Shown here in pieces: positions 11,495 to 24,011 of a DNA stretch of 48,611 nt. This DNA is from Chiloscyllium plagiosum (lineage: Eukaryota). The DNA lies in NCBI RefSeq assembly GCF_004010195.1, contig NC_057711.1, positions 82,028,200 to 82,076,810 on the forward strand, in the 5' to 3' direction. The notes below the pieces were generated by a model. That model was not told where the DNA came from, did not search any database, and saw nothing but the letters and a program-made list of their open reading frames with translations. Position 1 is the stretch's first letter, and every line of letters starts with the position of its first letter. A program made the position numbers and the translations under genes.

Positions 11495-13430
11495 TTGTGG
11501 ATCATAGTACTTCAAAGTACAGTTTTCTGCTGACAATGTTGTTTAAGGAATTCAAATATGGCCCTTCTGCCATACATATGGTCACACCATTCTTATGAGC
11601 TTTCTCAACAAAGATGCTTTGTCAGAGAAGTTCAGAATTCATAAAGACAAGTTGAAGAATCCACAGCATCTCTTTAGGTTTTCTTTGGTTTGGGGGAACA
11701 GCATGCATCTTATATCTGTACCTTTGCCTGGCTTGGGGAAGATTTCACAACCTGAATATACAGACCCATAAAGAATTGATCTGACTTACAATCAGTTGGC
11801 AGGTCTTGCTGTTGAACAAGAGTCCTTCTTGTGAAAAACCACCATTACGGTGTAAAGGTTCCAATTGTGCTCTTAAGTAAAAAGAGTTCCAAAGGAGAGT
11901 CAGACTGGACTCAAAACATTAACTCTGTTTCTCTCTCTACAGATGTTGAACAGATCTGCTGACTTTCTCCATTGCTTGCTGGTTTTATTTTAGATTTCCA
12001 GCATTTGCAGTATTTCGTTTTTAACCAATCTTACTCTTCTTTGGTTTTTTTCCATTACCACAATACCATCAGCAATGCATTTGTATACAGGAATGTTTCA
12101 TGCAACTCTATCTATATGCTTTTGAAAGAGGTATAACTGACAGATAAACTGAAAGGTCATGACTTCCTGAGATTCCCTGGCTAAGTGCATCAATCAATAT
12201 CCATGTTTGGCTGCCAGGTTTTACAAAAATTTACCTCCAATGATCCCGGTATTCAATTCTTCAAACTTGACTTTTTTTGGACATCTTTTTATAGTGAGGT
12301 TTCTATGTCTCAGATTTAGATGTATTCTGAATATGCCATCCTTCTTTAGAATGCACATTATTGAACTGTACTAATTTGTCTGGTCTCCTATACAGGAATT
12401 ATCCCATTGCATTCCACATCATCTAGACTGCACTTAGATTTTTCTTTTTTGTGAACACTGCACTTTCTGGGATATCAATTGAAAGAATGGTATCTTCTTT
12501 GAAGTGTAAGATAGCTTCACATTTGAAACTGCCGATCGCAGTAAACGTCTGCAGGAACAATTATTATAATGTCTCAGCTGACTCAATGCAAGTATGCATG
12601 GTCTTTTCTGTTGCCATGAGTATTTTGGTGATCTTGTGGACAGCCACAATTTTGAGATCCTTACACACTGGTTGTCCTGCCACTGTTAGTTTGCTCAAGC
12701 CTACCAAGTAAATTATGTGTGGTTTTGATGCTGACTTGCTATAGCTGTATTGCATTGTTAACTTATCAATGCAAGGAATACGTAATCCATTGTATCCAAT
12801 TAATTTCATGGTTGTTGCATGTCCCATTGATTTCCAATGATCCTGGAACATGCTTTCAAAATGAGGACCGTTAGTATGTACTTGCACTGCCTGGTCTGTC
12901 AATTTTAGTTTTGAGAATGTGCTTGCCAATTTTCATTGGGGATATGACATTGGTTCAAACAAAATCTTATAATTGTCTGACTTCTCCTATGCAATGTGTT
13001 ACTTTCACAATGTTGAAAGTCTGGCCATCTTATGGTTGAAGCTGCTCCAATTGTCTTGGGCGTGTCTGACTGAATTATGTGCATTGGTTTGCGTTTACAT
13101 AAGTCTATGGTGCACTCTTCACATTTTTGCCATACTGTTGTGTCTGTGTTCCGCTTTCTGTGTTTATTTTCTTCTGTTCTGTATACAGCAGGAATTTCTG
13201 GAGTACTTCTGAATCTTGCCTGGTTTTTTTTCCCCCACAGTTTTCAAGCTGCATTGCTGTGTTCTTTGTTCTGCTTTTTTTAAAGAGACAATGGCCACTG
13301 CATACCATAATTGCTATCCACATGCAAAAAAAAGATACATGGATTCCATTTGCTTGAAGATCTCTAGTGAGCTTGTTTACAGTTGAAACAATAAACACTC
13401 ACAATAATTTCTAGAGACATCGTTTGTCTA
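11495..13430 (-). mobile_element. Decayed Ty3/gypsy LTR retrotransposon internal region (protease-RT-connection)
   Basis: Minus-strand translation across stops and frameshifts gives protease-like KLKLTDQA...KLIGYNGLRIPC, RT-like LKKDGIFRIHLNLRHRNLTIKRCP...F L*NLAAKHGY*LMHLARESQEVMTF, CIADG (from YxDD), QEGLLFNSKTCQ, PQTKENLKRCCGFFN, and TLKYYDP. The right-hand boundary is uncertain. Confidence 0.85.
11878..12024 (+). mobile_element. Penelope-like terminal repeat (pLTR) fragment nested in the gypsy RT
   Basis: Sequence gactcaaaacattaactctgtttctctctctacagatg...agatttccagcatttgcagtattt is homologous to the pLTR copies at 17985-18180 and 19635-19750, and interrupts the RT reading frame. Confidence 0.7.
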
Positions 13431-13660
13431 GGGTTCTACAATGCAGAGTGGCCATGGCCTCAAGTCATGTGATGATATCCAGCTATTTGGCTTATCTACA
13501 AATTAAGCATTTTAAAGGAATAACACTTTTAAAGTGTTAACACAGTAATCAATGCTCTTGCTGGCAAGAGATTTTGGATTGGGGAATGATGAGGAAGAAA
13601 AGCTTATGAAATTATTTCAACAGGGATCAAATAGGTGAGGTCACCTATATATTTTAGTCA

Positions 13661-14345
13661 TGATGCGGATGAGCCAGTGTTGGACTGGAGTGGACAAAGT
13701 TAAAAAAATCACACAAAACCAGGCTATAGTCCAACAGGTTCATTTGGAAGCACTAGCTTTCGAAGTACTGTTCCTCCATCTGTAGCTGTGGATCAAGATC
13801 ATTAGACACAGGTTTTGTAGCAAAAGATTACAGTGTCATGCAACTGAAATGATATATTGAACAAACCTAGATTGCTGTGAAGTCTTTCATCTTTTAGAAT
13901 AAGTCGCAGGTTTCAGTTCATTAATATGTAAATTCCAGAACTTCTTTTAAGTCACATTCTCAAGATAACTTAAGGTTTTATAAAAAAAGGTGACATCTCA
14001 GCTCAGACGATATATTAAAGGTGTGAGGTTAGAGTCTGTCTGTATCCCAATCTTGAGCCAGACTGGTTCTATTTCCAAAGTAGGGATTTATAAAATATTA
14101 CATGGATTGACTGCCTGCATTGACTGCCTGCAGGTTGTATTCTTTTTGAGCAAAATAGAATGTATCTGCACATATAATTCTGCAAATGCAAATTCACCCC
14201 GTGTGTGTGTGTGTGCATGAGAGAGAAAGAGAGTGTGAGCATGTACAAATGAGTGTGTGCATGAGTGTGAGTGCGCGTGAGAGAGTGTACGTTTGTATGT
14301 GTGCATGCTCGGCAAAGTGTGTGTGTTAATGTGATGGAGTATATA
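13661..14345 (-). mobile_element. Penelope-like pLTR (family with ggttatagtccaacagg) ending in a (GT/GA)n microsatellite
   Basis: Homologous to 26452-26940 and to both arms of 37392-38388. Its hammerhead core is mutated (CAGATGG...GAAAGCTA on the minus strand). Confidence 0.75.
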
Positions 14346-15065
14346 TTTTAGTATCAGTATTGTCAATGTTGGTTCCTCAACATGGCTAGTAATACAGGAA
14401 CAGTATTCATCAGGAGGCAGCAACTGACAGCACAACCTAAAGGCATCATAAGCTGTAGTCAGATAAAGCTGAAGCATGTCTAACAACTACGTTTTCTTTA
14501 TATATAATAGGTAGTTTTAATGTAAGTGTTTCCCTAAGTTTAACCCTGTTCTGTTGTGCATGCTCTTTACATTTCTGAGCTATGTAAATCTGCTGTTGCA
14601 TTGATCCTGCAATACTTTTAACTCTCTGCTTAAAGGTGTTGATGCAAATACACAGCAGTCTATAACAAAATGTTTCCAGTTTTACTGAGACATCAGAAAA
14701 GGTAACAATGGAAAGACCTAAGCTCATTTGAGCATCAACAATTTGCTAAGTAAAAATATTAACTCTGAGACTTAATGATAATCCACTGACTTAATTTGAA
14801 GTTCACATATGGGAGCATCAAACAAGGCTGGAATTAAGCTTAATGATGATCTAATGAACAACTGATGTTCCCTGCCTATCTTTGCAAGTGAAGATAACAC
14901 GATATGAGAATGTTGGCAGAATCCATGGCACAACACCTCAGTACAAGTTATGTATTCAGAAGGAGGGGAAAATAACTTGCATAATAAGAACTACAATGAA
15001 ATGAGGAAAGAATTAGCTATAATAAACTTGGTGGATAGGTTAGCATAAATGACAGTAGTAATCAG

Positions 15066-15192
15066 AAGTAGACAGGCAGGAGGCTGGAAGAACACAGCAA
15101 GCCAGGCAGCATCAGGAGGTAGAGAAGACAACGTTTCAGGTGTAACCCTTCTTCAGAACTGGGGCATCTGCAGATTTTTTTGTCCCTAAGTA
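15066..15192 (-). mobile_element. Mini Penelope-like pLTR insertion inside the CR1
   Basis: Contains gctggaagaacacagcaagccaggcagcatc...aacgtttcaggtgtaacccttcttcag and is flanked by AGTAATCAG at 15057-15065 and 15193-15201. Confidence 0.75.
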
Positions 15193-15410
15193 AGTAATCA
15201 GTGGCAGACATTTAAGGAGGTAATTCATGACTCTTAGCATGAAGATATCCCAGTAAACAAGAAAGATTCAAAGAGAAGCACAAACCAACCATGGCTAACC
15301 AAGGACGTTAATGGAAAGTATTAAGTTCAAAGAAAAAGCATACAAGGAAGCCAAAGTCAGTGACAGCTCCAAAGACTGGAATAAATTCAGAATTCAGCAA
15401 AGGAGGACTA

Positions 15411-15760
15411 TGATTGTAGAATCTCAACAGTGCATATAGAGACCATTTGGCTCATTGAGTCTGTAGCAAAGCTCCAAAGAGCACCTCAAACAGACCCACC
15501 ACAGCTCCACTCTATCCCCATAACCCCATATTTACCATGGCTAATCCAACTAGCCTGCATACCCCTGGACACAACAGGGCAATTCTTAGCATGGCCAATC
15601 CACCTTTGGACTGTAGGTGGAAACCAGAGCACCCAGCAGACACTAATGCACACAAGGGGAGAATGTGCAAACTCCACAGAGACAGTCACCCAAGACTAGA
15701 ATTGAATCCATGTCCCTGGCACTATGAGGCACTTATGCTAACAACTGTGCCACCAAGCAC
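15411..15760 (-). mobile_element. HE1-like SINE inserted in the CR1
   Basis: Has the V-domain-type motifs ggaaaccagagcaccc and gaatgtgcaaactccacagagacagtcaccc and a tRNA-like head on the minus strand. Confidence 0.88.
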
Positions 15761-17573
15761 AGACAATAAAGAGATAATAAAGGAAGAGAAAATAAACTAT
15801 GAGGCCAAACTAACAAGTAATATAAAAATTGACACTAAGGGCTTCTTCAAATATATGAAAAAAAGAGAGGTCAAAGTGAACCTAAGTTCTTCGAAAATGA
15901 ACCTGGAAAGCTGGTTATGGGGAAACAAACAAATGGTAGAGGAGTTAAACAGATATTTTGCATCAGTCTTCACAGTGAAAGGTACTTCAAACATCCCATT
16001 AATACTAAAGAATATGAGAGATAAATTAAATACTATCACCATCACTGCAGAAATAGTGCAAGTCAAACTAATAGAGCTAAAGGCAGCTAAGTCCCCTGGC
16101 CATGATGGCTTGTATCCTAGGATACTAAAAGAGGTAGCTACAGAGATAGTGGATGCATTCATTGTAGCTTTCCAAAAATCTTTGAATTCTGGAGAAGTAT
16201 CAGAGGATTAGAAAACTGCTAATGTAACACTCCAGTTCAAAAAGTAAAACAGACAAAAAGCAGGTAACTACAGGTCAAATATCCTAACATCTACTGTTGG
16301 AAACAGCAGAGGAATTAATTATCAAAGAAGTAATAGCAACCCATTTAGAAAATCATAACCTAATCAAGCAGAAGGCATGACTTCACGAAAGGGAAATTGT
16401 ATCTGACTAATTTATTAGAGCCCTTCAAGGATGTCTTGACCAGAGTGGATAGAGGGATACCCTTGGATGTGCTGTATTTGGATTTCCAGAAGGCTTCAAC
16501 GAGGTATCTCAAAAAAGATTAAGTCATTAGATAAAATCCCACAGTGTTGGACGTAATATGTTGTCATGGTCAGAGAGTTGACTAATGGGCAGGAAACAGC
16601 GAGAGGGTATAAGGTTGGTGACCTGTGATCAATGGGGTTCGTCAGAGATCAAGGCAAATGTACTGAAACCAAACTCGCAGACGTCATAAAGGTAGTTGGA
16701 AAGGCAGATTGCAAGAGCGCTACAAACAGTTTAGAGAGAGATGAGATAATGTGGGGAAGTGTGAAATTGTTCATTTTGGAAGGGAGAACAAAAGAACAGA
16801 ATATTACTTAAAGAGAGAAAAACTGCAGAAAGCTTCAACACAAAGAGATTTGGGAGTACTTGTGCATGAAACACAGAGAGCTAGCAGGCAGGTACAGCAG
16901 GTAATCAGGAAAGGTAATGGAATGTTGGCCCTTATTTCAAGGGGCGTGAAGTAGAATGGGAGGAAAGTTTCACTGCAACTGTACAAGATGCTGGTGAGAC
17001 CACATCTGGAGTGCTGTAAGCAGTTTTGGTCCCTTTATTTAAAGAAGTATATCATTTTATTGGAGACAGATAAGAGAATGTTCACAAGGATGCTCCCCAG
17101 TAAGGAGGTCTTATGAGCGAAGGCTAAACAGGTTGGGATTCTACTTACTGCAGTTTCAAAGAATAAGAAGTGATCTCACATAAACATCAGATACTTAAGG
17201 GGTTCGACAGAGTAAATACTGAGAGAATAATTTCCCGCCCTCAGGGGAGAGTCCGCGACAAGAGGGTGTAATCTCAGAATAAAGGGGTGCCAGTTTAAGA
17301 CTGAGATGAGGATATTTTTCTCTCAGAGAGTTGTGAGTCTTTGCAACTCTTTCCCAGAGAGCTGTGGGGCAGAGTCCTTGCATATTTAAGGCTGAAATGG
17401 ATAGATTCTTGATCAGTAGGAGAAGCAAGGGTTATGGGGAAAATGTACGAAAGTGGATATTACGAATGTCAGATCAGCCATGATCCTACTGAATGGTGGA
17501 ACAGCCTTATTCTTGCTCCTATTTCGTATTGCCTTATAAGAAAGTAAAAGAGTTTTTCATCTCCATTTGATTA

Positions 17574-17744
<171 letters not shown>

Positions 17745-17984
17745 CTATGATTGAATAAATAGCTTCAGATTATTCCTACCTGGGCTAAGATTAAATCATT
17801 TGAAAATTGACTGAGGATATGAACGATGAGTTCTATTCAATGGCTGTTCAAATGGCCACAATATTATAACAGTGATTGAACAATTTTGAAAACTTTATAG
17901 TTCATACCTTTAGAGGCTAAGTGACAAAATAAATCATGCTTCTGAATGAATTTTGTATTGTTTATCCAAAGAGTAAAGCAAAAT

Positions 17985-19750
17985 AAATTAGATACTGGAA
18001 ATCAGAAAATATTAGAAAAACACATCAGGTTCAGCACTGTTAGTAGATAAAGAAACAAAGTTAACACTTTCAGTTGGTGACCTCTAATCAGGTTGGGTAA
18101 AAACAGCTATAAACTAAGTACAGGCCCAGGAAAGAGGGAAGGGAAAAAAGAACAAAAAGGGAGGTCTGTGTTAATGAGATTATAGAAATTTTCAAAGAGT
18201 CATGGAGATTGGGAAACCTTCCAAAATGGTGGCTGGGACCAGGATTCATTTGAAACATCCCATTTATGATGATAGATGCAAGGGGGCATGACTCACACCT
18301 GACAAAATCACAAATTCAGCATGATGAGTATGAGGAGCTATTGGGGGAGAGTAGAATCCATTTGTTGGCACAGAGGGAAGGAAGGGCCATTAGAAGTGGG
18401 GTGGGGAGCATGCATTTACACAGAAAAGGATGAGGGACCGTTGTAGGCTGAAGGGGGAATTAGATTTGGCATGAATGGGGCAGGGGCTATGAATAGGCAT
18501 AGAGAGTGAAAATTAAATGGTCTAAAATATGAGCAAACACTCATATTTGATGAAGTCACAGAAAACTGAGGCAAGCCCTTTAATTAGACTGCCTTGTTAC
18601 TCATCAGCGTCAGTGGCTGAGTCTGATCAGCATTGGAGGTCAAGAGGCCAGACAACAGCCCACCCCACTTTCACCCTAAGAATGAAGATCCTACTATTTG
18701 GGGAGATTCCCAAGCAAACTAGGAAATCTAAAGCACAAAACCTTTAAAATGATGATATGAAGGAAAAGAGAACAGCAAAGGAACAGATAAAAATAAATCA
18801 ACAGATAAAAATGGATCAAGAGGGTAACTGGGAATATTAAAAACTCTACTAATATGTGTTGTCCACAAAAATAGCAGGAGGGTTTTTTATCTGAATTTGG
18901 TAAACACAATGTTGGGTCCAGGAGGCTGTAAAGGGCCTAATTTAAAGGTGTTTCTCATTAAACTTATATGAAAGGCAGAGGTTGAGAACAAAGTGATCAA
19001 AGTAGGAGTGAGCAAAAAATTAACATGGCAGTAGCTTGGGATCATACTCAGGGAATGAACAGAAGGTTTGGTCTTCCTGGTGGAGTGGGGACAATTATTA
19101 ACAACAAATGGGTATATTAGTTGAAAGAAGTGCAAGAAAGTTGTTGTTACCCCTGAACTGTGGGAAGGGAATTAGTAGAAGTACAAGCCTTGCATTTCAT
19201 GCATTTGCATAAGGAGATCATTTGCAAAAGGGGAAGGAATTTTTGGAGTGAACAAAAAGGTAAACAAGAGTGTCATGGAAGGAATGGTCCTTTGAAAGCT
19301 GAAATGGGAAGAGGCACAGGTATACTTGGTGTTGGCATAACTCTGAAGATGAAGGTAATAGTGAAGAATAGTTTCAATGTGGAAACCCATGAAATGAAGT
19401 TGAGGCCTGAGATAACCCAATAATGACTCCAAGGATGGACAGGAAGGAGTGAAAGTAGAAACGTAGGTAATAGAGTGGACACTATCAATATCTTTATTAT
19501 ATAGCTCCTATTTGCTGTTGATTCGATGAACACTTTGGCATCATAGATTAAGAACACTACAAATCAACATACAACTAAAAAAAGGAATTTAAAAGATTAC
19601 ATTATTGCTTTAAAAATACCTTCATTAACTTCATTTGAAGAAATGTCATATCAGACTCAAATTTTAATTCTGGTTGTCATTCCACAGATAATGCTGAGTT
19701 TCTCCAGCACTTTCTGTTCTTCTTCAGATTTCCAGCAGTATTGCTTTTAA
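17985..19750 (-). mobile_element. Old Penelope-like element with GIY-YIG C-terminal remnant, bounded by inverted pLTRs
   Basis: ORF 18887-19135(-) ends FKLGPLQPPGPNIVFTKF, resembling the PLE C-terminus FRLGTLQP.GLN.EF. pLTR-like sequences lie at about 17985-18180 and, inverted, at about 19635-19750. Confidence 0.65.
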
Positions 19751-21269
19751 ATAAAGTCACCTGTTCCTCAGAATCTATGGATGCAATTTTCCTTCTCTAG
19801 AGGTGATGGGAAGGACAAATAATTGAGTGAGTTCGCCCTTCTCAATATTTCAGCAATTCAGTGCTAGGCTAGAAGGTTCCATGGGGACCTCTTTGACTCA
19901 TCAGCAGTTATAGTCCTCAAGTGGTGAAATTGTACATAATTAAGGGCTTCAACTCTCTTCCAACTTGATTCCATGCCTTCCCCAATTGGAAAACCAGGGA
20001 GACCTGACCAGTTCTGTCACATTTGGAAATCTGAGGCCAATCGGGTGATAGGGATGAGAGGCAATAGGGGACAGTTCAACTTTTCATATAATCCAGCAAA
20101 TCTCCCAAAGAATGTGATTATGTGTTGAGCAGAGATTAAGACATTGACTTTACCGTGGCTACCTCATGCATGAGGCATGAAAGACTCCACAGCCCTTGCC
20201 TCTCTGACCACCCAATTTCCCTGTCATCCCTACCCTGCAAGGCCCAAAAGAAAAATACTTGTCTTCTCACCATCGGAACCCCTGAAGACTAGCGTCAAGC
20301 AATGACCTCTCGGACCCAGAATTTGCTGACCTCTGATTAGCTGGTGAGGCGGAACCTCAAAGTCAACGCCTGCGACTCATGGAGAAACTCACCTCTCAGC
20401 TCTTAGCAAACTGATTGGAGCTTAATCTGGCAAGCTGTCTCATTGGTGGGGGTAGAAAATCATTTGCCAATGAACATAAGTATGTGGTTTTGTGCTGCAA
20501 AATCCAATTTCAATCTAAGGAAGCATCGATTCATTATTAAATGTTTCTGCCTTAAACGTATGTGCAAACAACAATGGGAATAATATTGTTCATTAGCTTT
20601 CAAAGTTATATTCCAACCAAGCTGATTGGATCCAATAGCCTCCAGGAACTACACACTGTACTTGATCAACACTTCTTACCAACAACCTCAAATTCCTAAT
20701 ATAAAATGTATTTTCATATACAAAATACTGATAACTCAACGCAAGGTGAAAAGCTGACTATCAATTTAAATAGCTGACAATTCACAACGCATAACCACTG
20801 TAGTAATCTATTTGCACCTCCTCACACTGTCAATCATAAATTTGTAAAACTCAGCCTGTCAGAAAATCAAGGATTTGACAGTCAAAGAGTACTAGCTATT
20901 CTGTGATAAAATGCTGTCCTTGTTTTATAATATATCCATAGAATGCAGCCAAACACCAAACAACAAAGGCATTAAAACCTTCAGATCAGAGAATAAGCCG
21001 GTTCTTTGTCAACTCATAAGAGAAGAACTGAATAAAGAAATAGAAGATCCTGCAGATTATAAATTAAGTATGCAAGATGTCAAATTAGATTAACAACCAA
21101 GCATTTAACAATCCATTAAATATGTATCACAAGCAAAAAGCTATGATCAGTGCAGCAACAGATGAATATTTCATAGATCTTAGCAACAGCCACCTTTGGC
21201 ATCGGTCATAGTAACATGGAACTAAGAATACGCCTTACCTTAATTGAGCAAGCAAACACATCTTAAAAC

Positions 21270-21748
21270 CATAAGACATAGGAGCTGAAGAAGGCTATTC
21301 AGCCCATTTAGTCAGCTCCAACATTCAATAAGATTATGGGTGATCTGATCATTCTCAACTCCGTAGTCCTGTCTTTTGCTATAAGCCTCAAATCTATTGA
21401 TTAAAAATCTGTCTCAGTCTTGAAGATGCTTAACACAGCCTCAACAAAACCGTGGTAAATAATTCCACAGATTCACTACCCTCTGAGAGACAAAATTCTT
21501 CCTCACCTCTGTCTTAGGGGTGACCCCTTGTCCTGAGATTATGTCCTCTGGTCTCACTCTTCCGCAGGGGAATAGCCTTTCCGCATCTACCCTGTCAATC
21601 CCCTCAGAATCTTTAATGTGTCAATAAGATCACCTCTCATTCTTCTGTATTCCAACGAACACAGGCCCACCCTACCCAACTTTTCCTCATAAACAGTCCC
21701 TTGAAACCTCCTATCAATCTTGTGAACCTTTTATGGACTGCCTCCAAT
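21270..21748 (-). mobile_element. CR1 3' fragment
   Basis: Begins with the cataagacataggag tail and contains ataagatcacctctcattcttc (reverse complement of RRMRGDLI). Confidence 0.88.
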
Positions 21749-22208
21749 CCTGAATTTCAAATTGCAACTTTTATATTGCTGTAGGCAGAAATATTATATT
21801 TCTTTTGAGTTTCTCTTATACCATACAACAGTAAAATTTTAATTTTTAAAAACAGAACTCCATGCAATTTTCTATAAGTTTTGGGGGAAAAAAGTGAATA
21901 ATTGTTAACCATGCCTGTCTGTTCATGTTTTAAATTATTGAATAACCTGACAGGAGACAAGAAATAAAAATGTTAACCCTACGAGATTTTAAAGAACAGA
22001 GCAAGATATTTTCCAAGGGAAAACAGAAAATGATTTAAAACAAATGTAGCATGGAGTGCGGACTGATACACATGGATACATGAAACTAGCTCTCAGTGCA
22101 ACTATAGTAAAAGTTGAAATGCTCATTTTCAAAAACTTAAGAATGAGGAGGAAGAAAGAAATCCATTATGCTTTACTCATTTAATTTATTGCTGAGGAAA
22201 GGTATATT

Positions 22209-22537
22209 TTAGATTAGATTACATTAGATTAGATTAGATTACAGTGTGGAAACAGGCCCTTCGGCCCAACAAGTCCACACCGACCCGCCGAAGCGAAACC
22301 CATCCATACTCCTACATTTACCCCTTACCTAACACTACAGGCAATTTAGTATGGCCAATTCACCTTGACCCTGCACATCTTTGGATGGTGGGAGGAAACC
22401 GGAGCACCCGGAGGAAACCCACGCAGACACAGGGAGAACGTGCAAACTCCACACAGTCAGTCGCCTGAGGCGGGAATTGAACCCGGGTCTCTGGCGCTGT
22501 GAGGCAGCAGTGCTAACCACTGTGCCACCGTGCCGCC
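22209..22537 (-). mobile_element. HE1-like V-SINE, full length, young
   Basis: Minus strand starts GGCGGCACGGTGGCACAGTGGTTAGC (A box) and has GGTTCAATTCC (B box), the V-domain, a CR1-like tail and a (TCTAA)n repeat. Confidence 0.95.
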
Positions 22538-22890
22538 AAACATTTTTGGTCTCTCAGTCATCAGGACATTTCACAAGATTACCAGTTCAAGGGGAAAACC
22601 AACATTAATACAGCATAAGTGGGGGGTGCTGATTATGTGGCAAATGGACTTTGACAGAGAGAGGCATTGCCATGGAGACTACTCCCATTACTGCTGATTG
22701 ACAGTTTTGTTTAAATTTTAAACCAGGCAGATTGTCTTTGATTGTCAGAGCATTACCCTTAGAAATGAAACATCAAACAGCTGTCACCTATTTGTTGAAT
22801 TGAAACAGGTGCAGTGTGCATACAGATTGTTTCTGTCTTCAAAGAACAGGGCTCTCTGTATTAATATATGCAGCTTCCAGTACAAGCCCA
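22538..22890 (-). repeat. Interspersed repeat, possibly another old PLE terminal repeat
   Basis: Minus strand has gtcCTGATGActgagagaccAAAAatgttt, a degenerate hammerhead-like core. The family assignment is uncertain. Confidence 0.35.
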
Positions 22891-24011
22891 ACTAATATTC
22901 CTAATTTTGACAGCATGTGTTTTAAACAGCTTTATTAAAGCCAACTTTATTAAGTACTCTGATTGTCAAAAGTAACAATGTGCGTGAGAAAAACTAGGGA
23001 ATAACACTTATTCTCATGACTCAATTTATGTGGTGAATATCACTCTAGGAATCCTTCACCAAACATTTGTTAGAATGAGCTATTCTCATGCATAATCTTT
23101 GGTCTCAATTCTTATTAGATTACATTATATTTTTGCTTGAAGGATTAGTTGTTGATTTACTTGAAATCTCACTAAAGTCCCAAATTGTAACGTGATGAAA
23201 GAAATTGTGTCAATACATAAGTTCAATATGAGCATCATTTCTGTGAACATTTATTTTACGTGGTTTGGTGTACTGCTTGACTAGTTGGTTTTATAAGCAC
23301 CAATATTTAATGCTACAATGTCCTAGATTAAATGAAACTGTTAACTTGGAGGAATTTTTAGTTCAAATAGGGCTTATGCAACATGAATCAACAGAATGGG
23401 CCCAAACATGTTGTCAAAATACTGATGATTTAAGTATATCAAAACTTTCGAAATTCGTGTAATGATGTGATTTGTCAGGGGTCATGAATTGCCACTAATT
23501 GTTGGGCTACTATCAATCGAGTAAAAACTGCAACACAGCAAATTCCCCATAAGACTCAAGAATTTATTGCACTTATTGCTGTAATAATGTGTTAAATCAT
23601 CTATAGAAAGTTAGCTTTGCATAGGGCCCCACTGTTAGTGGCATGGTGTGTTTTCATTGGGCTTCCATTCTGAAAGCAGCCAGCAATTAAATGATCATGG
23701 TTTTACACAAGTCACATGAATCTTTCAACCAGGATGTTAAATTTATTTATTGTGAATTCTGGCTGGAAGTTGATACTGATTTATTTAAATTTATTTAGTC
23801 TTGCCAAGACTTATACATGTCCCTTTCCCCACAAAAACTAAAAACATGTGTATCCTTTAATTAGTAAGCAGTCAATCGCCAATTTGCTGATTACGCATGC
23901 TTTGAATTGCTTTAAAATGTCAATTTCATGTTTAAGCTGCATTTAATTCCGGAATTTCATACATTAAAAAAATAATAATCTGAACTTGGGACAGGGATTA
24001 CCTTTGTCATT

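Larger units (their letters stand above)
14780..17530 (+). mobile_element. CR1 LINE, 5'-truncated, internally deleted, with nested insertions
   Basis: ORF2 motifs KSPGHDGLYPRILKEVA, YLDFQK (gtatttggatttccagaagg), KCEIVHFGR and QRDLGVLVH, plus a CR1 3' UTR. It ends about 60 bp from the donor site of the FRMD3 exon at 17592. Confidence 0.92.

Noticed and set aside
22244..22608. Similar short ORFs recurring here and at 30359-30697 and 38890-39145
   Set aside because: These are translations of HE1-like SINE copies, not a gene family.
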